A DNA stretch of 64,000 bases from NCBI GenBank assembly GCA_040767195.1, contig JAXGPA010000001.1, forward strand, positions 544,001-608,000. The letters are read 5' to 3'. Positions 20,191 to 28,617 of the stretch are shown here, in pieces (position 1 is the first letter of the stretch; each line of letters opens with the position of its first letter). The notes beneath the pieces are model-generated. The model had not been told where the DNA came from. It saw nothing but the letters and a program-made list of their open reading frames with translations, and made no database searches. Source of the stretch: Syntrophales bacterium (lineage in GTDB: Bacteria; Desulfobacterota; Syntrophia; Syntrophales; UBA6807). The position numbers and the translations under genes were made by a program.

Positions 20191-21747
20191 TCACTGTTCG
20201 AGGGTCACCCGGAGAACCTCGGGAATCGTCGTGATGCCCTGGCGTATCTTGCGCCACCCGTCCTGGCGGAGGGTCACCATGCCGCGGTTTATGGCCACCT
20301 CCCGGATCCGGTCGGTGCTCGAGGACTGTATGATCTCCTTTCGAATGGCGTCGTCCACGGGAAGGTATTCGAAAATGGCCGTCCGTCCCCTGAAGCCCGT
20401 GTTCCGGCAGGCGTCACATCCTTCCCCGATGTAGAAGGTGACATCCCTCAGTTCCTCGGGGCTCACGTTCATGGACCGGATGAGCCGCTCTTCCGGTTCG
20501 TAAGGCTTCCGGCACTGCGGGCAGATGACCCGGACGAGCCGTTGGGCAAGGACCCCGAGCAGGGTGGAGCTGAGAAGAAAACTTTCGACCTCCATGTCGA
20601 GAAGCCGCGTGATCGCCCCCGGGGCGTCGTTCGTGTGGAGGGTGCTGAAGAGAAGGTGACCGGTCAGGGCGGACTGAACGGCGATCTGGGCCGTCTCCCG
20701 GTCCCGAATCTCTCCGACAAGGATGATGTCCGGGTCCTGCCGCACGATGGACCGGAGGCCGTTGGCGAAGGTCAGCCCGATCTTGGCGTTCACGTGAATC
20801 TGGTTGATGCCCCGAAGCTGGTATTCAACGGGGTCTTCCAGGGTGATGATCTTGTTTTCCGAAGAATTGATCTTGTTCAAGGTCGTGTAAAGGGTGGAGG
20901 TCTTCCCGCTTCCCGTGGGGCCCGTCACCAGGATCATGCCGTAGGGCTGGGAAATGAGCTTCAGGTATTCGGGGAGAATCTCCCGGGGAAACCCGATTTT
21001 TTCCAGGTCGAGGATGAGGGTTTCCCGGTCCAGGATCCGCATGACCAGGCTCTCGCCGTAAATCGTCGGGATCGTCGACACCCGGAAATCGATTTCCTTG
21101 TCCAGGACCTTGAGCTTGATCCGCCCGTCCTGGGGAAGGCGCCTTTCGGCGATGTCCAGCTTGGCCATGATCTTGGCCCGGGAGATGATGGCCGCCTGGA
21201 GCCTCGTGGGGGGCGACTCGATTTCGTGGAGGACCCCGTCCACCCGGTAGCGGACCTTGAACTCGTTCTCGAAGGGCTCGAAGTGAATGTCGCTCGCCCT
21301 CATTTCCACGGCGTTCAGGATGAGCCGGTTCACGAGCCGGATGATGGGGGCCTCGGAGGCCAGGTCCCGAAGGTAGTTGGCGTCCTCCTCGGTCCCCGTG
21401 GTGATGTCGAAGACCCCTTTTCCGGCCTCCTCGATGATGGTCTCGATGGACTGGCGGCCCATGCCGTAGAGACGCTCGATGGCCTCGAAAATGTCGTCCT
21501 CCCGGCCCGGCACGACATCAACGGCCAGGCCGTAGGCCATTTTCAGGGCTTCCACGGTGGAAAAATCGGACGGATCCGCCATGGCGATCCGGAGGGTGTT
21601 TTCCTCGAGCTTCAGGGGAACGAACCGGGACTGTTTCATGAACTTGACGGACAGGTTGTCCACGACCACCGGTTCCCTCGGGTAGTCGTGATAGGAGAGG
21701 GTTTTTCCCTGATCCCTGCCCTTGTCCACCTTTATTGAATGCGCCAT
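20191..21747 (-). CDS. gspE: T2SS ATPase
   Basis: ASDIHFEP, RRLPQDG, Walker A GPTGSGKT, RQDPDIILVGEIRD, CPQC...CDAC. Confidence 0.95.
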   Translation of the reverse strand: MAHSIKVDKGRDQGKTLSYHDYPREPVVVDNLSVKFMKQSRFVPLKLEENTLRIAMADPSDFSTVEALKMAYGLAVDVVPGREDDIFEAIERLYGMGRQSIETIIEEAGKGVFDITTGTEEDANYLRDLASEAPIIRLVNRLILNAVEMRASDIHFEPFENEFKVRYRVDGVLHEIESPPTRLQAAIISRAKIMAKLDIAERRLPQDGRIKLKVLDKEIDFRVSTIPTIYGESLVMRILDRETLILDLEKIGFPREILPEYLKLISQPYGMILVTGPTGSGKTSTLYTTLNKINSSENKIITLEDPVEYQLRGINQIHVNAKIGLTFANGLRSIVRQDPDIILVGEIRDRETAQIAVQSALTGHLLFSTLHTNDAPGAITRLLDMEVESFLLSSTLLGVLAQRLVRVICPQCRKPYEPEERLIRSMNVSPEELRDVTFYIGEGCDACRNTGFRGRTAIFEYLPVDDAIRKEIIQSSSTDRIREVAINRGMVTLRQDGWRKIRQGITTIPEVLRVTLEQ

Positions 21748-21890
21748 TTATGACACCATCTTGTGATGAATGACCGCCCTGAGGGGTTCGCCCGACGGGC
21801 GGGTCTTTCGGCAGGATCCGGCAGGACCGGGCCGCCCCTTCAGGATTATCGGTACCCGCCGGGACTCTGACCCCGCAGAAAAATTATGTA

Positions 21891-21907
21891 TGCAACAATC
21901 GAGCCGG
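21891..21907 (-). promoter_or_regulatory. Putative sigma54 (-24/-12) promoter for the gsp operon
   Basis: Minus strand CCGGCTCGATTGTTGCA = GG-N10-GC, close to consensus TGGCACG-N4-TTGC; about 145 nt upstream of gspE. Confidence 0.6.
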
Positions 21908-21957
21908 ACCTGTTCTCCTTCCGATCTTCCGGCCCCGCATTTCCTCAGGACAGCCTT

Positions 21958-23649
21958 TCATGTCTTCCGGTTTCGAACGTCGTCCTTGATTCGCTTTACG
22001 TGTCCCCGGCCGAGCCCCTTGACCTCGCAGCCCAGCTCGAAATACCGGCGGATCCTGGCATCGTCGAGGATGCCGAAACAGTCCACGATGGCGGCGGGAC
22101 GACCCGTCATCTCGACGATCCGGTCCGGGTCCAGGTCCCTGTACGACTCGTGGCGAACCGCCAGGACCACGGCGTCGGCCTCTTTCAGGCAAGCGGCCAG
22201 GTCCTTGTGGACCCGGAGCTCCTTCAGCTTGTCCTGGTTGCGGAAAAACCGCGACCACGAATGACCCGGCGCGGGGTAGGTGTCCTGCTTTTCGAATTCC
22301 CACCAGTGTTTCACGTAGGGGTCGTGGACGGTGACCTCGGCCCCCATCTCGGTAAGCTTCCGGACCACGATCTCCGAACCGCTGTACCGGGTGTCCCCCA
22401 CGTCCTCCCGGTAGGAAGCCCCGAGGACGGCGATCTTCGAGGCCGCCACGATCCTCCCCATGTTCCGCAGGGCGTCCCGGACGAGCTGGGCCGCGTGGAG
22501 TGACCGGGTGTCGTTGATGTCGATGGCCAGAGGGGTCACCCGGAAAATGTCGTCGTCGAAGCCCATGAGCGTGTTGTAGGCCCACACCCCGAGCCCCCCG
22601 TCCTTGGGCAGGCAGTAGCCGCCGATTCCCGGGCCGGGGAAGATCATGTTGGAATGGGTGGGCCGGACCCTGATCGCCTCGATCACCTTGATGAGATCCA
22701 CGCCGTTTCGCTCGGCGAAGAGACTCCATTCGTGAAGGTAGGCGAGAATCGTCGCCCGGTACGAGTTCTCCACGATTTTGCAGGTCTCGCTCTCCAGGGG
22801 CCGGTCGAGGACGGTGAGGGGGAATTTTTCCACGTTCAGAACTTCCGAGAGAAATCGAACCACCCGCTTCTTCGATTCCTCGTTAATGCCGCTGCACACC
22901 CGCCAGAAGTCCCGGATGGAAGAAACGTAATCCCGGCCGGGCATGACCCGCTCAAAGGAGTGGGCGATGAGGGGCTCCCCGGTGATTCCCCGCCTTTCGA
23001 AGGCTTTCTTGATGATCGGGTAGGCCACGTACTCCGTCGTCCCCGGGGGGACCGTCGTTTCGATGAGGACAAGACAGCCCGGTTCGATCTTTTCCCCGAT
23101 GACCCGGAGAGCTTCTTCCAGGGCCCCGATCTCGGCACGTCCCTCCACCACGTTCCCCAGGGCCTCTTTCAGGTAGTCGCACTGGACATCCACCACGACG
23201 ACGTCAGCCAGTTTCAGGACATCGTAGACGAAGGTGGCCGTGAGGGTCTTCTTTTCCGTAACGCACCGCCGGATCATGGGAGCCACCTCGGGGTCCTCCG
23301 CCTCCACCGGGGCGATCCCCTTTTTGATCCACGGGATCTTCCAGTACGACCGAGGGGAGGGCCGCTGCATTCCGATAACGAATTTCTTCGGTTCCCCCGA
23401 ATGCCTGTCCGCCGAATCGGCCACCACCGCCGCCATGACGGCACCGACGAAGCCGATACCCATGACGACGACGATCTCCCGGCCCCGGGCTTTCTCTTCG
23501 TCGACCATCTCCCTGAGACGGTCGAATTCTGTTTCGTAGTCTTCCGGCCCGGGAAGGGTGAACACTTCGCCGTCAGGTGCTATGGAGAGTTCGACACCGT
23601 TTTCCTTCATGTAGCCGATGAGGGCTTCTCTGTTTTCCAGTATGGCCAC
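21958..23649 (-). CDS. Nucleotide-sugar (UDP-glucose/GDP-mannose family) dehydrogenase
   Basis: GIGFVG Rossmann motif, ETTVPPGTT, KIVENSYR, GPGIGGYCLPKD. Confidence 0.92.
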   Translation of the reverse strand: MAILENREALIGYMKENGVELSIAPDGEVFTLPGPEDYETEFDRLREMVDEEKARGREIVVVMGIGFVGAVMAAVVADSADRHSGEPKKFVIGMQRPSPRSYWKIPWIKKGIAPVEAEDPEVAPMIRRCVTEKKTLTATFVYDVLKLADVVVVDVQCDYLKEALGNVVEGRAEIGALEEALRVIGEKIEPGCLVLIETTVPPGTTEYVAYPIIKKAFERRGITGEPLIAHSFERVMPGRDYVSSIRDFWRVCSGINEESKKRVVRFLSEVLNVEKFPLTVLDRPLESETCKIVENSYRATILAYLHEWSLFAERNGVDLIKVIEAIRVRPTHSNMIFPGPGIGGYCLPKDGGLGVWAYNTLMGFDDDIFRVTPLAIDINDTRSLHAAQLVRDALRNMGRIVAASKIAVLGASYREDVGDTRYSGSEIVVRKLTEMGAEVTVHDPYVKHWWEFEKQDTYPAPGHSWSRFFRNQDKLKELRVHKDLAACLKEADAVVLAVRHESYRDLDPDRIVEMTGRPAAIVDCFGILDDARIRRYFELGCEVKGLGRGHVKRIKDDVRNRKT

Positions 23650-23946
23650 GACGAGTTTCCTTTCTGCATTGTTTTTTTCAATTCCGGCCGGCGGATGCTC
23701 CTGAAAAGGCGGTGACGGGAAAGGAGGCGCGGCGGGGCAAAGATGCTTTCGGGCACAGCTCCGCTTTCTCGGTTACATCCCGCCTGCTGGAACCCCACTC
23801 CGGTTCTCTTTTTCAGGAGTTTCTCCGACCGTCCGCCAATCGTATTGTGCCCGTTCCCGGCCCCTGCAAAACCGCCGGGCCGAGGACGGGTTGTTCAGAC
23901 ATATATATCAATTCCACCGTGCTGTCAAAGCCATGAAGCGCCCCCG

Positions 23947-25227
23947 CTACAAGGTTTTAACGGCCCGCCGGCACGCCTCCAGGGTCCGGTCCGTCTCCTC
24001 TGTCCCATGGGCAGTGGAAAGGAACGCCGCCTCGAACTGGGAGGGCGGGAAGAGGACGCCGTTTGCCGCCATGGCCCGAAAAAATCTTGAAAAGCGGGCC
24101 GTGTCGCTTTGGGAAGCCGTGGCAAAATCGCGGACGTCACCGGGCTGAAAGAAAATGGTGAACATGGAGCCCACCCGGTTGACCGCCACGGGAATCCCGC
24201 CTTCCTCGAAGATCCGGGACAGGTCACCGCACAGGCCCGCCGTTTTCCTTTCCAGGTCTTCATAGGGATTCTTTTCTTTCAGGATCTTCAGGACGGCAAG
24301 ACCGGCGGCGACGGCCAGGGGGTTTCCCGACAGGGTCCCCGCCTGGTAGACCGGGCCCGCCGGGGCGAGCATTTCCATGATTTCCCTTTTTCCTCCGAAG
24401 GCGCCCACGGGAAGCCCGCCGCCCACGATCTTGCCCAGGCAGGTCAGGTCGGGGGCAATGCCCGAAAGGGTCTGGCAGCCCCCGAAGGCCAGCCGGAACC
24501 CGGTGATCACCTCGTCAAATATGAGGACGATGCCCTTTGCCGCCGTGAGGTCCCTCAGGGATTCCAGAAATCCCGGCGCCGGGGGAACGACGCCCATGTT
24601 CCCCGCCACGGGCTCGACGATGACGGCGGCCACGGTGTCGCCCCGGCTTTCCAGGAAAGCCCGCACAGCCTCTTCGTCATTGTACGGCAGGGTGGCCGTC
24701 AACTCGGCGAACACCCGGGGAACCCCGGGGCTCCCGGGAATCCCGAAGGTGGCGAGCCCTGAGCCCGCCTTCGCCAGGAGGGCGTCGCCGTGGCCGTGAT
24801 AGCCTCCCTCGAACTTGACGATCCCGTCTCTCCCGGTGAAGGCCCGGGCCAGGCGGAGCGCCGACATGGTCGCCTCCGTCCCCGAACTGACGAGCCGCAC
24901 CTGGTCCATGGCCGGGAAGGCCGAAACGAGGATTTCCGCCATCTCCACCTCCCTTTCCGTGGGAAGGCCGTAGCTCGTCCCGTCGGCGGCGGCCCTCGTG
25001 ATCGCCTCGACCACCGCCGGGTGGGCATGGCCGAGAATGAGGGGACCCCACGAAGAAAGATAGTCCACGTAGGAATTCCCATCGCAATCGTACACCCGGG
25101 CCCCGCCGGCGCGGCGGATGAAGACGGGGTCGCCCCCGACGGCCCGGAAAGCCCGCACGGGGCTGTTCACCCCGCCGGGAATGACTTTTTCCGCCCTTTC
25201 AAACAGGGAAGCGCTCCGTTCTCTCAT
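23947..25227 (-). CDS. hemL: Glutamate-1-semialdehyde 2,1-aminomutase
   Basis: PGGVNSPVRAF, SGTEATMSA, FEGGYHGH, FDEVITGFR, GKIVGGG, QAGTLSGNP. True start is ATG 25227. Confidence 0.96.
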   Translation of the reverse strand: MRERSASLFERAEKVIPGGVNSPVRAFRAVGGDPVFIRRAGGARVYDCDGNSYVDYLSSWGPLILGHAHPAVVEAITRAAADGTSYGLPTEREVEMAEILVSAFPAMDQVRLVSSGTEATMSALRLARAFTGRDGIVKFEGGYHGHGDALLAKAGSGLATFGIPGSPGVPRVFAELTATLPYNDEEAVRAFLESRGDTVAAVIVEPVAGNMGVVPPAPGFLESLRDLTAAKGIVLIFDEVITGFRLAFGGCQTLSGIAPDLTCLGKIVGGGLPVGAFGGKREIMEMLAPAGPVYQAGTLSGNPLAVAAGLAVLKILKEKNPYEDLERKTAGLCGDLSRIFEEGGIPVAVNRVGSMFTIFFQPGDVRDFATASQSDTARFSRFFRAMAANGVLFPPSQFEAAFLSTAHGTEETDRTLEACRRAVKTL

Positions 25228-25685
25228 GGAAAATACCTCATGCTCGTTTTTTTGAATTCTCTCACCGTTTCCAGAATCCGGCAGTCTGCGACGCCGGTTC
25301 GGCGGGACATGGACGACACGATGTCCTTCACCGCCCTCCCCCGGCCGTGAACCATCGTGTAAAGGACATACCGTCCCTCGAAAGCGGGTGTTCTCTCGTA
25401 GCAGTGGCTCACCTCGGGAAAAGAGGCGAAGAGCCGCCCCACCTCTTCCCGCCTCTCCGGGGGGACCGCCCAGACGACCATGGCGTTTTCGCCGTACCCC
25501 GCCCGGCGGTGGCGCAGGACCGCCCCGAACTTTCGAAGGGTCCCCTCGTCCAGCCATTGGCGGACCGCCTCGAGGGCCTCCTTTTCCGAAAGCCCGGCCT
25601 CCGCCGCCAGGCGCTCGAAGGGTCTCTTGACGAGGGGGATGTCCCCCTGGATGCTCCCGGCCAGTTTTTTCCTCTTGACGTCCAT
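25224..25685 (-). CDS. ahbB: Siroheme decarboxylase beta subunit (AhbB/NirH, Lrp/AsnC-like)
   Basis: QGDIPLVKRPF, HRRAGY, NAMVVW, VSHCYER, LYTMVH, EFKKTSMRYF. Confidence 0.85.
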   Translation of the reverse strand: MDVKRKKLAGSIQGDIPLVKRPFERLAAEAGLSEKEALEAVRQWLDEGTLRKFGAVLRHRRAGYGENAMVVWAVPPERREEVGRLFASFPEVSHCYERTPAFEGRYVLYTMVHGRGRAVKDIVSSMSRRTGVADCRILETVREFKKTSMRYFP

Positions 25686-25884
25686 TCCCTTCTTCCCGTT
25701 TTCGGCCGCCCCCGGTTCGCGGGCTCCGGTCCGCCTGCGACCTCCCAGGCCGAGTTGTTTTGACGAAGGGAATAACACGGGAAATAACTCTTGACAAATT
25801 CTTTTCGAATCGATAGATAGGGCACGCCGAAAGGAGGGCCGCGAAAAAGGCCCTCCCCGGGAAATTCAAGGAAAGGAGAGTAAA

Positions 25885-26259
25885 ATGAGAAAGTCTTTGA
25901 AAACCATTTCCATGGGGCTCCTCGTACTGGGCGTCCTCTTCCTCACCGCCTCGTTCGCCCTGGCCAGTGAAGGCGCGTCGGCAGACACGGCCGCCTACAC
26001 AAAGGCCATCGTCGTCGGCTGCGCCCTCATCGGTGCCGGTCTCGGCGTGGGTCTCGGCGCCATCGGTTCCGGTATGGGAATCGGGAACGCCGCCAGCGGT
26101 GGTTCGAGCGCCGTGGGCCGGAACCCCGACGCCCAGGGGAAAATCATGCTGACCATGCTCGTCGGTATGGCCATGGCCGAGTCCTGCGTTATCTACGCCC
26201 TCGTTATCGGTCTCGTCATCCTCTACGCCAACCCGCTTCTCAGCATCGTGACGGGCTAA
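25885..26259 (+). CDS. atpE: F0 ATP synthase subunit c with signal-peptide-like extension (orphan)
   Basis: GxGxG inner helix, RNPD loop, [10 protein letters not shown] carboxylate helix; AGGAG RBS; TTGACA-17-TAGATA at 25791-25819. Confidence 0.92.
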   Translation: MRKSLKTISMGLLVLGVLFLTASFALASEGASADTAAYTKAIVVGCALIGAGLGVGLGAIGSGMGIGNAASGGSSAVGRNPDAQGKIMLTMLVGMAMAESCVIYALVIGLVILYANPLLSIVTG

Positions 26260-26282
26260 ACAGAACAACCGGACTCATAAGG

Positions 26283-26326
26283 AAAAAGAGGGAAAGCGAA
26301 TAAACCGTGTCTTTCCCTCTTTTTTT
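26283..26326 (+). terminator. Intrinsic terminator after atpE
   Basis: AAAAAGAGGGAAAG ... CTTTCCCTCTTTTT inverted repeat ending in a T-run. Confidence 0.75.
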
Positions 26327-26429
26327 GTGCCTGCCGCCCGCCGTCCGTCCCCTTACGAAGCCGCGCCGCGAAAGACGGCCCTGAAGGGACCTCCCGCTGA
26401 AGGCGGTACCGAAACAGGAAGGGGCCGGC

Positions 26430-26855
26430 CTAAGGCTCGGGGGCCCGGTTTTTCGACCGCATGGCCTTTTTCTCCGACTGCCTTTCCTTGAAGTCCCGGA
26501 CCTTTGCCTGGGCCCGCCTCGACCGCCGTCTCTTTTGCCGGCGGATCTTTTCCCGCTTCTCTTTTTCCGCCGCCACGGCACCGGCCTCACGGGCCTCCAG
26601 CCGGTCCAGGAGCAGCCGCCGGGCCAGAAACCGGTTCATGGCCTGAGACCGGGTTTCCTGGCACTTGACGGAAAGGCCCGTCGGCTCGTGGACGAGAAAA
26701 ACGCAGGTGGCCGACCGATTGACCTTCTGGCCCCCGGGGCCGGATGACCGGACAAAGGTTTCCCTGAAATCCTCCTCCCGGACACCCAGGGCGGCCATCC
26801 GGTTTTTCAGTTCCTCCTGTTTCCCCGGGGAAACGCTGAACTTGAAAGTCTTCAC
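26430..26855 (-). CDS. arfB: Peptidyl-tRNA hydrolase / ribosome rescue factor (ArfB/YaeJ-like)
   Basis: RSSGPGGQKVN, RSQAMNR, basic C-terminal tail. Confidence 0.85.
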   Translation of the reverse strand: MKTFKFSVSPGKQEELKNRMAALGVREEDFRETFVRSSGPGGQKVNRSATCVFLVHEPTGLSVKCQETRSQAMNRFLARRLLLDRLEAREAGAVAAEKEKREKIRRQKRRRSRRAQAKVRDFKERQSEKKAMRSKNRAPEP

Positions 26856-26963
26856 GGGGCCGCACCTCTTGACAGAAACGGGGAAATACCCCTATGAAAA
26901 AACGAGGCCCCCAAAGGACCCCAAAAACGCCCTTGATGGATCACTTCCGCGCCGCGGTGGAAA

Positions 26964-27968
26964 ATGCTCGTCCCTCAGCTCATAAACGACCCTTTCGGAG
27001 ACCCCGGTGTTTACCTGGAGCTGAAGCACCGCCGGGAGGCCTTTCTCCTCGACATGGGGGACCTCTCCCGGCTGTCCCCGAGAAAACTCCTGAAAGTGAG
27101 CCATGGTTTCATCAGCCACGCCCACATGGATCATTTCATCGGTTTCGACCATTTTCTGCGCATCTGCCTGGGCCGGGACCAGGACATTTCCCTTTTCGGC
27201 CCTCCCGGCTTCATGGCCCACGTGGAAAGCAAGTTCGGGGCCTATACCTGGAATCTCGTTGAAAATTACACGAACCGGCTCCGGTTCGCGGTCACCGAGG
27301 TGGGCGAATCCTACCGAAAATCAGCGCGGTACGAGTGCGGCCGCTCCTTTCGAAGAGAGAACTACAAGGAAAAGAAGCAGGGTCCTGGCTGTCTTGTCGA
27401 CAGGGACGACCTGTTCGTCCAAGGCGTCCTCCTGGACCACCAGGTCCCTTCCCTGGCCGTCTCCGTGGCGGAGAAACAGCACCTTCACATCAAAAAGAAC
27501 GTCCTCGACGCCATGAATCTTCCCGTGGGCCCCTGGCTCACGGAATTGAAGAAAAGCCTCCTCCGGAATGACCCCGATGACACGGAAATCACCGTCCGGG
27601 GGAAAAAGTCGGATCCCGCCGCCCCGAAGGTCCGCCTGTCCCTCGGCTATCTCCGGGACAGCGTCGTAGGGGTCTCGCCGGGCAAAAAAATCGCCTACGT
27701 GGCCGATGCCCTTTACAGCGAGGAAAACCGGAGAAAGATCGTCGAACTCGCTTCCGGCGCCACCGTTCTCATCATCGAGGCGCCTTTCCTCCAGGAAGAT
27801 CGGGAGCGCGCCTTCCAGAAATACCATCTCACGGCGGCCCAGGCGGGAAGCCTGGCCCGGGAGGCGGGGGCGGGACATCTCACGGTCTTTCACTTCTCCC
27901 CCATGTACCGCTCCCGGGAGGAGGAGCTGGTCCGGGAAGCCCGGGAAGCCTTCCGACATCCCGGATAG
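26964..27968 (+). CDS. Ribonuclease Z-like metallo-beta-lactamase
   Basis: SHAHMDHF, AYVAD, HLTAAQAG, FHFSPMY. Confidence 0.82.
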   Translation: MLVPQLINDPFGDPGVYLELKHRREAFLLDMGDLSRLSPRKLLKVSHGFISHAHMDHFIGFDHFLRICLGRDQDISLFGPPGFMAHVESKFGAYTWNLVENYTNRLRFAVTEVGESYRKSARYECGRSFRRENYKEKKQGPGCLVDRDDLFVQGVLLDHQVPSLAVSVAEKQHLHIKKNVLDAMNLPVGPWLTELKKSLLRNDPDDTEITVRGKKSDPAAPKVRLSLGYLRDSVVGVSPGKKIAYVADALYSEENRRKIVELASGATVLIIEAPFLQEDRERAFQKYHLTAAQAGSLAREAGAGHLTVFHFSPMYRSREEELVREAREAFRHPG

Positions 27969-28104
27969 GCCTCCCGCCACCCCTCTTTCCTTCACCGGAA
28001 CAGACCGATTCTTGAAAATTCATGTCCCGGCCACCCTGAAATCCAGGCCGATTCTCCGGGATAGTCCATAAGCAGGGCTCATCCCCGGCCCCGGTCCCCT
28101 TTGC

Positions 28105-28617
28105 CTATGCCCGTTCGACCTGGAACCCCTCGAGCTTAATGGCGACGGAGCGCTGAAGGAGATCGATGGACACGACAAAGAGGTTTTTTTTGTAATCCGT
28201 CGCCCGGACAACCCCCTCGATGCCCCGGAAGGGCCCGTCGATGATCCGGGCCCGTTCCCCCAGACGGGGATAGTGATGGGGAACGATTTCCACTTTTGAG
28301 TCGAGAATTCTCCGGATGGCGTCGATCTGGGCCTCCGGGACGGGGGACGGGACGGGGCTGCTTGGCTTGCCGAGGATCCGGACGACGCCGTGGGTTTTCA
28401 GGATGTCCACCTTGACGTCGTTTGTCAGGTCGTCCACGTACGTGAAAAGATACCCGGCAAAAAGGGGAATCAAGATCTTCTTTTTTCGGTCCCTGCGCCG
28501 GCTCCAGACCTCGATTTTCGGAAGATAAGTGGTATATTCCTTGAGCCGGAGGCCCTGGTCGGCCTTGTCCTCGTGGCGGCTTTTCGTGTAAAGGGCGTAC
28601 CAGGGCATGGCCGTCAC
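28105..28617 (-). CDS. UpxY/RfaH/LoaP-type NusG paralog (transcription antiterminator)
   Basis: NGN domain (WYALYTKSRHE, PLFAGYLF) and KOW (GERARIIDGPFRGIEG). Confidence 0.88.
   Translation of the reverse strand: MTAMPWYALYTKSRHEDKADQGLRLKEYTTYLPKIEVWSRRRDRKKKILIPLFAGYLFTYVDDLTNDVKVDILKTHGVVRILGKPSSPVPSPVPEAQIDAIRRILDSKVEIVPHHYPRLGERARIIDGPFRGIEGVVRATDYKKNLFVVSIDLLQRSVAIKLEGFQVERA

Noticed and set aside
18652..21738. 1028-aa plus-strand ORF and many similar long antisense ORFs (e.g. 45617-47845, 48156-49889, 40439-42055)
   Set aside because: Shadow ORFs opposite well-supported genes in GC-rich DNA; no recognisable motifs.
25228..26268. Long N-terminal extension of hemL in the 773-aa ORF (likewise 8156-8569 for the response regulator)
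   Set aside because: These overlap real genes (ahbB, atpE, kinase); homology starts at internal ATGs.
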